DNA of 64,000 bases from Psilocybe cubensis (taxonomy: Eukaryota). The first letter of the stretch is position 1. Every line of letters starts with the position of its first letter. The stretch spans positions 992,001 through 1,056,000 of the forward strand of contig CM039010.1 in assembly GCA_017499595.2 (NCBI GenBank), written 5' to 3'. The position numbers were made by a program, and so were the translations under genes. A model generated the notes under the pieces. The model was given only the letters and a program-made list of their open reading frames with translations. It had not been told where the DNA came from and did no database searches. This document shows, in pieces, positions 39,091-50,560 of this stretch.

Positions 39091-40505
39091 AGCAAACTAG
39101 GGGCCCTTTATACCCCTCGCCTCCTGCCTGCCAGTGCCACCGTGCCACCGTGCCACAGCCCATCAATTCTTTTCCCAAGGCTACACACAATCATCAAGGG
39201 TCTCTCCGACGGCACGCGTTCTAATTCTAGATTTCCGACATGACGCCAGCCAATCAGAGTGGGCCAAACAACAGCACTTGCCTTCTTTAGCAATAAAAAA
39301 ACGGGTCAGGCAGCCAATCCAACTATCCAAGGAAATGGTATTACCCTCTTTAGGACGCCAATTTTCCCGCCGGAGACGTGTAGACGGGCCTCCGGGTGGC
39401 TTCGATGAGTGCCTATCGATCAGATAACGCGTTTTCGTTGTCTTTTCCTCGTTGGCTTTAGAAGAAAGGGGTTAGATGGTGCTCACGGGGTGCTGATAAT
39501 GACTCACCTTCGATCTTTGGACGTGTAACATCGAGGCAGGTTAAAAGCCTCCATGAAAACGTGCTGGGAAATGTCCAGGCAATTAGTCTTCCTTAGGCAG
39601 GATTTTGCATGACGTCCGACTTCCTGGGGCATTCTTTCTAAATGCCAGGTTGGTGCGTACGATGCGCTGGCCCCCGAATGCCTTTTACAGCACCAATACG
39701 CCCCGGCAGAACATTAACGACTCGGACCAGCGCACCGAGTCAAATCTTCCTGCCAGTGGACGAGCACCACCGTTTTCCTTCGATCCTCATCGCCTGGATA
39801 TCATCGTCATTGTATTGATTATTTCTTGATTCCGTCCTAGACCTTATCGAACAATTGTAGAGCAAAGTGAAGTGATTAAAAAAGATTATGCATATGGGTT
39901 TGTCGTGTGAGTTGGCAGACGGCGGGAGCGCAATTATTGTGCGCAAAGCTTACGTCATTTAAATTAGACCCCGACGCGTCCGAGTCCTGACGCGTCGCGT
40001 CGTAATTAATTAGTTCGTAACTGTATTGCAGCTTGTCTATTCCCACCGCTTATTCAAACCTCCACCAAACGCGACAAGGACATTTTCAACAGAACAAGAA
40101 CGAGTAGGTAACACCTGCACGATTAAAAAAAAAAATCAACCTCATAGCCTAAATCCACTGTATGTCAATCACTGCGAGCTCTTCCCTTCGATCCATCATC
40201 CCAGAGCGCTCTTTATCCGACGGAAATTCGTGCCATTTCATGCCAGTGCGAGCCACCCAGTCACCAGTGCCCACGCCGTGGGGAACTCCGAGGACGCAAC
40301 GTCGTCGTTGACGCGGAGCTGCGTCTTGAACGCATTTTATAGCTCGCGATGCTACAATACGAGCCTTTCTGAATCGGCTTCAGCGAGCTGGCCCCTGAGT
40401 AGCACTCTGCTCTGCTCGACCAAGGCCTTGTCCTTGTCACCAGATCTAGACCCGCCTAATGCGCTCAGGAATCATGGTGTGCGTCTGGCTAGTATAAAGG
40501 TGTCG
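36811..40505. repeat. Left arm of large inverted repeat (partner ~46828-50560)
   Basis: The reverse complement of 36811-~39990 matches ~47690-50560 closely; for example ORFs 39134-39427(+) and 48243-48536(-) are almost identical. 40000-40505 matches 46828-47396 more weakly. Confidence 0.97.
37450..38620. repeat. Four tandem ~280-300 bp modules (exon+intron units)
   Basis: GGACCGGC/GGCCGGC-starting units at ~37454, 37751, 38050 and 38328, each containing CCCACCGACGGC...CGTCG...GGGTTCATCG and ending in GTAAGTA...ACT(C/T)AC. Confidence 0.95.
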
Positions 40506-40590
40506 AAATTGTATCGGTTTTCCTCGTCGGCAACGCTCTGCTCGATCTCAGCTGTGTCATTCAAGTTGTCCTTCCTATTCCCACCAGAGT
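40020..40590 (-). pseudogene. Degenerate coding relic duplicated in the inner palindrome arm
   Basis: The minus strand reads ...GGSRSGDKDKALVEQSRVLLRGQLAEADSERL... with multiple stops. The plus-strand counterpart at 46828-47200 reads ...SGSRSGDKDKDKDKALIEWCEVLPRGQLAVNEADVDSEK. Confidence 0.4.
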
Positions 40591-42663
40591 AGAGTCACCC
40601 AATAATGTGTTCATCGTGTTTGTTTAAACGCGTCTTCTGTGCAGTGTGCAGTGTGTGTAACAAATGCATCACCAATCAGCGGCGTGCGTGACGGGTTATA
40701 AGGACAATTGAAGTGTTAGATTTTGACCTTTTGTCTTCAGTAAGACTTTCAAGTTCCAGGCTGCAGGCTGTTTACGATGAGTTTACAGGTATAACTCGTT
40801 GACAGTCGTCGTAGGGTTATCGTTTCTACAAAGAATTTAGTCGGGACTTGATGGAGGGGATCTGTTAGAATCTGGAATCCTTTACTTACCAGCTAATTAA
40901 ACAAAACGAGTCTCGGAGAATGGGTGAATCATGGACGTGAGCGAGCACGCGTCGAATTTTGCGGGGATAATTGATTTACATTTACCCCGCTGGCTTGGGG
41001 CTTGGCTATGAGAAAGCTCTGTTTTTGTGCCGTCGATTCAGGGCTGGAAGGAAACGAGTTATGTCTGGAAACGAGTTATGTCTGGGAAAGTCTGGAAAAG
41101 AGTCAAGGCGTAAATGTTGCACTGTTATTGTTAACACTGGCGGCTGGCGGCTGGCGGCTGGCGGCACGGGGCGACTCTGATGTTGTACGCTAATCGTTAG
41201 GACTGTAGAAATCCAGATTCCATTGACAGTGCCGGTTCTAAAGCGTTTTTGGTGCTGTCGACTCTAGACTCTCGAGCAGGAGGGGGTTAGGTTGAGTGAT
41301 TTGGTTGTACGATTGTACTGAGAGTGCTAAGTAGTGCTCGTATATGCGTGCGACGTGCGACGTGTGTGTAACAGTGTGATGGATGAGTTGCATGGGGCAA
41401 TGTATATTGTATCTAGCTTGTCTTGTCTTGTCAATGCCCAATGCCCGATGCGGTGATGGATGGATGTGGTAATGTTTCGTCAGTATATACTACACTTACA
41501 CTTACACTTCCACTTAGATATATGCATATGCGTCTATGCGTCTACGGCGAATCAGGAATCCGAAAGGACAGACTGAATAGATGTCGAAAATCGGGAAATG
41601 TGGTGAAACCGTGAAAGAGATATCACAGCGAGAGTTGGTGATGCCGCAGTAAAGTACGCAGCAAGTGCATTAGCGCAGGGTGCTGCGATAAAGTCGACAT
41701 TTAACCAGGGATGGGATGGGGTGGGCAGGCTGGACGTGTAACGTGTGGTCGTTTACGTTCGCTGCGCGTGATAAGGTTAGAATTAGAAGCATGGATGTGC
41801 TGCGGTTGAGTTATGTAGTTTGTTGGCAGTGGAGGGCTATCCGAGTCTACAATACTCAGAATATTCAACAACAACAACAGTGGTACACACGAGATGAAGA
41901 AACTATAGGAGAACCAGAGCCATGCACGCGTGGTCATGCGGAAACTATGAAAGTGAGGAATCCAAGGGGGTTCAGGGCGGACGCAAAGTCCGGATCTGTG
42001 CTGCTTTTGCAGATCGCATCAATTTGACGTCTGCGGGATATGCAGATTGTAGTGTCACTTGACGCTGAACAGCAGGACGGATGTACAGTCGATAATTTGA
42101 AAGGAGGAGTGCAGTGACTGACGGCTTCCGGCTTTCTCGACAAGACAAGACATGTATTTGTCATCACGCGCGTAAAACCCCTTTGATGTGTCTACCCCCA
42201 AGGTTTCCGCAGAGCTCCGCGTAGATGGATGGCTTCTTGGAGACGATCATTGTGATAAGGACAGAATTCGGAGAAGACTAAAAAGTGAAAATTTTCTGCT
42301 GTAGAAAGTAAGTGCGAAAAAGCCGGTTGCTAGATGATGGGCGTTGAACTATGATCCAGAAGAGCAATGGAATAGCAGGACTAAAGAGGGATATGGCGGG
42401 AGAGAGATGTCTTGCGGGATGGAATGGATGAGGACAAGTTTCATAGATTTGGTGGAGACAAGGGAAGGGTTAAACAGAAAGTTCGCACGCCATGCGTGCC
42501 GAGTTACGTGAAAGTCGGTGACTAGTAAGCTTAATTTTGAAATGCAAGCAAGGCGACCGACCCTCACCCTCTGCCCTCTCTCAACCCAACCACACCAACG
42601 GACACGCGTCTTCAGCTCACCCGAGACGCAGCGTCCTTTGTACGAAGCCCGTAGTGATTAGTC

Positions 42664-45597
42664 ATGCCGTTCCCCTCTCCTCTGCCATCGCCCATGGCGC
42701 TCTCAAAGTCCAACAAGTCCTCCTCCATCTTCAACAAGAAACGCTCTTCCAACGCAACCGGTGCCCTCCCCGCTTCCGCAGCCTCCTACCTCTCCGCCCT
42801 CTCCGAGGCAGACGCCTCTGCCCGCAAACGCAACGTCTCGCCCACATCCACCCCCGCACTGTCCCTCTCCTCCTCCATCACCTCCTCCTCCGAAGACACC
42901 ATCCTCCACGAACCCGAATACCTCCGCGACCCCCTCCTCGCATCAAACAAAGACGGGCTGCTCCTCCCCGCCCGCCCCCCCACCTCGGAGCAGGTCTTCA
43001 ACACCGTCCATACAGAATTCGGCCACTGTGCTGATGAGCGTTACCGCACGACAAGCCAGCACAAGCTCGGCACGCCCCTTGCGCCGCATGTTGAACAGGA
43101 CCCGCCGTATTACATTCTGCTCTCGACGTATATCAGCTACCTCATCCTCATTGTGCTGGGTCACGTCAGGGACTTTATTGGCAAGCGGTTGAACCCTAAA
43201 CGGTATAAGCATTTGATGCCTGGTGGTGTGAGTGTCTCTATTTTTGCTTCTTCTTTTTTTTCGTTTCCTTGCTCGTTGCCCTTGGTGTTGGTTCATCGTT
43301 TGAGGAGTCTGCTCTCTTGTCCATCACTTTTCATTTTTTTCGTGATGATTGTGGCATACGTCTTGTATACGGAGGCATAAGGCGCGGTCACTACGGCGTT
43401 TTGGTTAAGAGGTTTCTGCTATTTTTGCGTTTCTTCTTTTCTTTTTTTGGAGATGATTCGCACAGGGGCATCTGTCTGTGCTGGTTGATTTGTACGCACG
43501 TCGGTCACCCCTAGGCAATGTCTGGTCAAGTTCATACTTCACCGTTGTCCTTGCTCCCGCCATGATTCTTTTCTATGCGGGGTCGTTGCTTTTATACATC
43601 TCCAGAGTCTTGGTGGGACCAGATTCTTTTTTCGCGACTCCCAGCCGGCGCAGGACGAGCTTCGCGTATAACTTACGTGTGATACAATCATTCATTGCGC
43701 GCCTTCTTTCTATTTTTTGTCTTTTATATCGGGAGGGGGCGCGTCGGTCGGGATTTATACGTGTTTATGCGCATGCATCCACTGAAACCCCCGGCGTCGT
43801 GTCTTTTTTATGCGTCTTCTTTTTTTTCGTACTTCGTTTGTCTGTGCTTCTCGTGGTATATGCGGAGTCGAGGGTTGTCAATGTATGCACTGAGCCCGGC
43901 AGCAGCAATATGGCGGGTTCAGACCCCAGCCGCAGTTTGTCGTCTGGCGCACATGCAACGTACAGGGGCATCGCCAACTCCTTACCCATCAATCACACTT
44001 TTCATTCCAAAATTTCATATTTGCTCATACACATTTTCATCATTTAGGGCTACGCACCCCTCAACTCCGACTTTGACTCGTTCTACACCCGCCGGCTCAA
44101 AACGCGCATGGACGAGTGCTTCTCGCAGCCCGTGACAGGCGTCGCAGGCCGCACCATCCTCCTCCTCGACCGCTACTCGCCAGACTACAACCACACGCAG
44201 ATCCTCACCGGCACACGCACGCGCGCACTCAACATCTCATCGTACAACTACCTCGGCTTCGCCCAAGCGCGCGGGCCCTGTGCCGATGCGGTGGAAGAGT
44301 CCATCAAGCGCTATGGCATCTCGTCGCTTGGCGCGCGGTTGGATGCGGGTACGACGGATTTGCATGTGGTTAGTGAGGCGCTTGTGGCGAAGTTTGTGGG
44401 TATGGAGGATGCGCTGATCAGCTCGATGGGGTTCGCGACGAACTCGACGTATATACCGGCGCTGGTGGGCAAGGGGTGTTTGGTTATATCGGATGAGTTT
44501 AATCATGCGTCGATTAGGTTTGGAGTGAGGATTAGTGGTGCGCATGTGCGGATGTTTAGGCATAATGATATGAGGGCGCTCGAGGCGCTGTTGAAGGAGG
44601 TTATTAGTCAGGGACAGCCCAAGACGCATCGCCCGTGGAAGAAGATTTTGGTTATTGTTGAGGGGCTTTATAGTATGGAGGGAACGTTGGTGAATTTACC
44701 GGCTATTATGGAGTTGAAGAAGAAGTACAAGGTGTGTATTCCCGTTTTACCCTTTATCATTTTTGACTGATAATTTTTCACAAGTTCTACCTATACGTCG
44801 ACGAAGCCCATTCAATCGGAGCACTCGGACCACACGGACGCGGCGTCGCAGACTACTTTGGCGTCAACCCGCGGGAAATCGATCTTCTCATGGGCACATT
44901 CACGAAATCGTTCGGGGCGGCGGGAGGGTATATTGCGGGGAGTAAGGCGTTGATTGATGTGTTGAGGGTGCATGGGCATTCGGGGGCGTATGCGGAGGCG
45001 ATGGCGCCGCCTGTGTTGACGCAGGTTGTTTCGAGTATGGCGAGTATTATGGGGTTGCAGGTCGCTGCTGGTGATACGACGACGACGGGGAATGGGAATG
45101 GGATTGTGGAAGAACAGGTGTATCATCATCCCGGACCTGCACCGATTAATTCGATCCCGAGCTGGGTGCATCTCCCACCTGCACTAGCTTCCGGCCAAGA
45201 AGGATCATCCCGGCTGCGTCGTCTCGCATTCAACGCTCGATACCTCCACAACGGGCTAATCAAACTGGGCTTCATAACATACGGCCACCCCTCCTCACCC
45301 ATCGTGCCTCTCCTCTTATTCAACCCAGGAAAGATGAATATGTTTCATCGACTGATGAAGGAGAGGAAGACGCCGATTGTGGTGGTTGTGGTGGCGTACC
45401 CTGCTACGCCGCTTGTGACGAGTCGGGTGAGGTTTTGTGTGAGTGCGGCGCATACGAAGGAGGATGTGGATTGTGTGCTCAAGGCGTGTGTGGAGGTGGG
45501 GGATGTGTTGGATTTGAGGCATGGGATTCCGGTTAGGGAGAGGTGGAGTTTGGAGGAGGTGGTTGAGAGGGCGGTTGAGTTGGGGACTATGGAGTAG
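42664..45597 (+). CDS. LCB2: Serine palmitoyltransferase catalytic subunit (long-chain base biosynthesis protein 2)
   Basis: GYAPLNSDFDSFYTRRLK, LNISSYNYLGFA, SDEFNHASI, EGLYSMEG, YVDEAHSIGA and the PLP-lysine motif GTFTKSFG. Introns 43228-44047 and 44732-44784. Confidence 0.95.
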
Positions 45598-46039
45598 GTG
45601 GGTGGGTGGGGAGAGGAGAGGGTGGCGGTGGGTGGGTGGAGGGGGGGAGAGGGGTGGAGGGGGATTTTTTTAAAATCTTATTTTATCTCTCTTTACCTCT
45701 GGATTCTTTTTGACATTCTTCTTCGCGCTGCGCTTTCTTCTGGAGTTTTTTTTTTTATTTGTTGGATTTTTTTTTACTTGTTTCTTCTTCTTCTTTGGTT
45801 TTAGATAAATGCCTTGTGCTAACCTTTTCCTTTCCTTTTCCTCTCGCCGTTGCCCTCGCCGTTGCCCTCTCCTCGCGCCCACTCTCGCCCACTCTCGCAC
45901 CCAACCTTTTCATGATCTCGCTGTTGTTATCCGTACGCGTAACTCGTAATCATTTTACTTGTCTTGTCTCATCTCTACCTCTATCCGCTACCCGCTACCT
46001 GTATCCTCTAAACGCGCACCCCTATTCCCTTCCTCCTCC

Positions 46040-46175
46040 TTTCCGATTCAATCCTCCTCTCCTCTTTTCCGGTTCGATCCTCTTCTCCTTTCCGATTCGA
46101 TTCGATACTCCTTTCATCCTTTCCGATTCGATTCAATCCTCCTCTCCTCCTTTCCGATTCGATCCTCAATCTTCT
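46040..46175. repeat. Degenerate minisatellite of TTCCGATTC(G/A)ATCCTC-like units
   Basis: About 5 copies of TTTCCG(A/G)TTC(G/A)AT separated by CT-rich spacers. Confidence 0.8.
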
Positions 46176-46624
46176 CCTCTCCTCTCCCACTCCAACGCCA
46201 TTCCATCTAACACCAAACGCTTAACATAACGCCTAACATAACGCTTAACGCCTTTCAATATCACGATCACCCGAAATTTTTTTCTTTACTTTTTTATAGT
46301 ATTTTACTTTGTTGTTACGAGCAGACCAGAACACCGATATAATTTTGTTTTGTGTTGTTTGAGCTTTTGTTTGAGCTTTTGATTGAGTTTTTGTTTGATC
46401 TTTGGTTTGAGCTTGGGGGAAAGTGAGGAGGGTGGAAGGTGGAGGTGAGGTTCTATGAGGTTTTTGGTGGGTTTGTGAACTTCTCTCGAGTCTCCGTCTC
46501 CGTCTCTGCGCGTAAATGAGCGGGGAGGTAGAGTACCGACTCTGGAACTCGTTCATGTTCATGTTCATTTCAGTGATAAGATGGATTTTGGTGGTGAATG
46601 GTATGGATAGAGTCCTACTCGCCG

Positions 46625-46669
46625 AAAAAAAGAAGAAAAGAAAAGGAAAGAAAAGAAAAGAAAAGAAAA
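46625..46669. repeat. (AAAAG)n microsatellite
   Basis: AAGAAAAGAAAAGGAAAGAAAAGAAAAGAAAAGAAAA. Confidence 0.9.
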
Positions 46670-46827
46670 CTTGACGCGCAGTCTTCGTTACGCCACTCGA
46701 CAGTGCTTTATTAGAAACCGGCTTAGACTTTAAATTGTGTTACAACTTACAACTTAAAACTTACAACTTCGAGGTAGAGGTAAAATCATTTTGATTTTTA
46801 TATTCGTCCCGGTGTGATTGGGATTGT

Positions 46828-49800
46828 GTGGATATCTTTATAGTTTGTACTAGCTGGATGCACATCAGGGTTCATGAGCGTGTTAGTGGGTCTAGATCTG
46901 GTGATAAGGACAAGGACAAGGACAAGGCCTTGATTGAGTGGTGTGAAGTGCTACCCAGGGGCCAGCTCGCTGTCAATGAAGCTGATGTTGATTCAGAGAA
47001 GATTGCATGGAGCATTGCGAGCGGTAAAATGTGCTCATGATCACGAGGCAGCTCCGAGCCAACGACGTTGTGTACTCGGAGTACCCACAGGACGTGGGTG
47101 GCTCGCAGGCAATGACACGAATTTTGCGTCGGATTTGTAAGAGCCTGGCTAGTATAGGCTGGGATCGAAGCAAGATCGAAGAGGAGTGATTGACGTGGGT
47201 TTTTGGAGGTTGATTAATGATTTTTTTTTGATTTTTTTGATTTTTTGATATTTTGATTTTGATTGTGTAGGTGTGTATACTCGTTTTTGTTCTGTTGGAA
47301 ATGTCCTTGTCCTTGTCCTTCGGTGTAGTTTTGAACAAATGACTCGGACGGGGATAGAGAAGCTTCAATACAGTTGATAAATTGCGACGCGACGCGAGGC
47401 CTCAGGCCTCAGGGCGCGGTCACGCCCAGGCTATCCATGGGCTATGATATATCACGTAGTAAGCTGCGGGCATGCGATTTATTGCTTTTCACTTCTTTTT
47501 CTATAGGCTTTAGAGCTATGCGATAAGGGCTGTATGAGGTGATCAAGGTGACGATCGTTGGCGTGGGCGTGCCATCCTCAGAGTCGGTAATATTGTTCCG
47601 GAGCATAGCATAGGTACTCAATATGGCATTCACGGTCCAGGGCATCGTGCACCGTGACATCCAAGTGCAGTTAAATAAAACGCGACGCGGCGCGTCAGGA
47701 CGCGTCCGGGTTTATTAATATATGACGTAAGCTTCGTGAGCAATCATTTTGCTCCCGGCGCCATCTGACTCACGCGACAAGAACTACAACACCCATAGTC
47801 CTTTTTATCCCTTCATTTTTCTCCGGTCTAGGACGGAATCAAGAAGTGATCAATGCGATGATATCCAGGCGATAAGGATCGAAGGGAAACGGTGGTGCTC
47901 GTCCACTGGCAGGAAGGTTTGACTCGGTGCGCTGGTCCGAGTCGTTGACGTGCTGCCGGAGCGTATTGGTCCTGTAAAAGGCATTCGGGGGCCAGCGCAT
48001 CGTACGCACCAACCTGGCATTTAAAAAGAATGCCGCAGGAAGTCGGACGTCATGTAAAAGCCTGCCTAAGGGGGAGTAATTGCCTGAAAAAATTCCCAGC
48101 ACGTTTTCATGGATGCTTTTAACCTGCCTACCTGCCTCGATGTTGCACGTCCAAAGATCGAAGGTGAGTCATTATCAGCACCCCGTGAGCACCATCTAAC
48201 CCCTTTCTTCTAAAGCCAACGAGAAAAGACAAAGAAAACGCGTTATCTGATCGATAGGCACTCATCGAAGCCACCCGGAGGCCCGTCTACACGTCTCCGG
48301 CGGGAAAATTCGCGTCCTAAAGAGGGTAATACCATTTCCTTGGATAGTTGGATTGGCTGTCTGACCCGTTTTTTTATTGCTAAAGAAGGCAAGTGCTGTT
48401 GTTTGGGCCACTCTGATTGGCTGGCGTCATGTCGGAAATCTAGAATTAGAACGCGTGCCGTCGGAGAGACCCTTGATGATTGTGTGTAGCCTTGGGAAAA
48501 GAATTGATGGGCTGTGGCACGGTGGCACGGTGGCACTGGCAGGCAGGAGGCGAGGGGTATAAAGGGCCCCCCGTTTGCTCGATTTTTTCCCTCAACGAAA
48601 TGCCCCCCACTCTTCCTCCTCCTGCCTGGTCAACCCCGGGCAGTAGGACGATGAGGTAGCGACTGCATCACGGGCTGGCTCCCCAGCCAGTCCGTCGATT
48701 TAATCGTTACGAGACGACTACTACTCAACCACCACCCCGCTCGCTGTCGATTGAAACTAGGTAGGCCGTCGTCGTCTCTGCTCCTCCATGCGCAGCCACT
48801 TACGCGGGCTTTGGCATGCAGATTATAGCATTGTGTGATATTTACAGGCGAGTATCCAGTTAGTTCTATCGTCCGACTGCTTGCTTACCACCATCGTGTA
48901 CAGGTACCCACCAGCGAGCATAGCTGCTGCACGATAGTTCAGGACACCCGCTTGCTTTCATTAGAATAAAGGTAAGCACCTTCCCGCTCTCTCGATTACC
49001 TAGACTAACTCGCTCTTCACCGCGCAGGTTATAACTGCACATGCAGTGAAAAAAAATAGTGAGTATCGCATTCCCCCACTTTCCACACACACATACTTAC
49101 ATTTGACTTCTCTACTACAGGATGTCGCTCGGTCTAATAAACGAGTAGAGCCCACATGTGTAACCACAACATGGTTACACATGTGCGGCAACATCCCCGA
49201 ACACCCGGGGACCCACCGTCGGTATAGGGTTCAGCGATGAGCCCTGTCCCGATGGAGCCCATACGACGATATGGCGCCGTCGGTGGGTGAGTGGGATGAG
49301 GGGACCACAGCCGGCGGGGACGAAGCAAGACCCCCGCCGGCCGTGTACAGTAAGTCTTTCTCTATCCAGTATCCCACCTTTCGCACATATACTTATGGTT
49401 TAATTGTCTTCATAGGACGTCGCTCGATCTAACCAACGAGCTCCCTACCGGTTGCACATGCGCGGTAACGTACCTCAAAGTCAATCACCCGGGGACACCG
49501 TCGGGATGGGGGACAACGATGAACCCTATCCCGACGGAGCCCATCCGACGATATCATGCCGTCGGTGGGCGGGAAGGGGGTAGTGGCCGGCGGGCACGAA
49601 GCAAGACCCCCGCCGGTCCTATAAAACAGAAGTGAGTCGATTATCCTCACTTTTCGCTCACATACTTATGTTTGAATTGTTTGCAGGACGTTGCTCGGTC
49701 TAATAAACGAGCTCCCTACCGGTGCCCACAGTGTAGCCACAACATGGTTGCACACGCGCGGTAATGTACCCCAAAGTCAATCACCCGGGGACACCGTCGG

Positions 49801-50560
49801 GATGGGGGTCAACGATGAACCCTATTCCGACGGAGCTCATCCGACGATATAATGCCGTCGGTGGGCGGGAAGGGGGTTGTGGCCGGCAGGGCAAACCAAA
49901 GACACCCTGCCGGTCCTGTAGAATAAATGTAAGTTTTGACTTTTTACTCATTCGCGCCATCGACTGCTCACTATCGCTTGCTTTGTGTAGGAAATAAAAT
50001 ATGTTTAAAAATTAAGAAGAAAAAAAAACATATGTACGTGCTTGCCTATCTTGTTTTGATCGAGTTTGATGCTGATTCTTTTTTCAGGGTGCGTGCTCTA
50101 CTTCTATGCCAACGATAAACGTCTCGATCGCAGTCCACTACCCTACCCACTCCAACAACTTCAATCTCGACCCTGCCATCCGCCGTCGAGTCTCCGAGGG
50201 TAGGCGGAGGACTCGTCTACAAACAATTTCGAGGTAAGTCACCACCGCGTCTTGTTCAATTGACGCGCACTGTCGTACCCGCGCACCGTCTGCCGGGGCG
50301 ACAAAGCCCACCTCTCGGTGGGATTCTTTTTTCATTTTTTTGCTGTTCTTTTATTTCTTCACAATAGCCAGCAGACGCTTCACCGCGTCTTGCTGGCCCT
50401 ACTACTCCGCTATCGGGTAGTAAAGAATTTCTCCACGTACTCGACAATCGTCGGGTACAATTTTTTTCCCATACGATGGGGTGCCGCCTTGACGTGGCGT
50501 ATGGGCTTCACAGATTCGATTTTCCCTTTGGGTGATTGAACCTGGCCAAGAGCACCCCTC
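46828..50560. repeat. Right arm of large inverted repeat (partner 36811-40505)
   Basis: See left arm. It contains an extra ~285-bp insert (47397-47679) and one module fewer. Confidence 0.97.
48350..48563 (+). promoter_or_regulatory. Putative Pol II promoter: two inverted CCAAT boxes, 3x GTGGCAC, TATA box
   Basis: GATTGGCTG at ~48351 and ~48415; GTGGCAC at 48514, 48522 and 48530; TATAAA at 48558-48563. All are mirrored in the left arm. Confidence 0.6.

Noticed and set aside
36879-39829. Short 60-100 aa ORFs in the arms and their mirror copies
   Set aside because: They cross predicted introns, lack recognisable motifs, and several differ in stops or frames between arms. Duplication explains their recurrence.
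39970-40005. ACGCGT/CGCG clusters as specific MCB cell-cycle elements
   Set aside because: Similar CGCG clusters occur in several intergenic regions of the window (for example ~7520 and ~32425), so they are not specific evidence.
43269-44135. ORFs of 81-189 aa inside LCB2 intron 1
   Set aside because: Low-complexity Phe/Leu-rich translations of T-rich intron sequence with no protein motifs.
48190-48205. CTAACCCCT as a telomerase template
   Set aside because: It coincides with an intron branch point and pyrimidine tract; no other telomerase RNA evidence.
36811-50560. Arms as TIRs of an intact giant DNA transposon
   Set aside because: No transposase or recombinase ORF, no sharp termini and no TSD found. 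Kept only as an alternative hypothesis.
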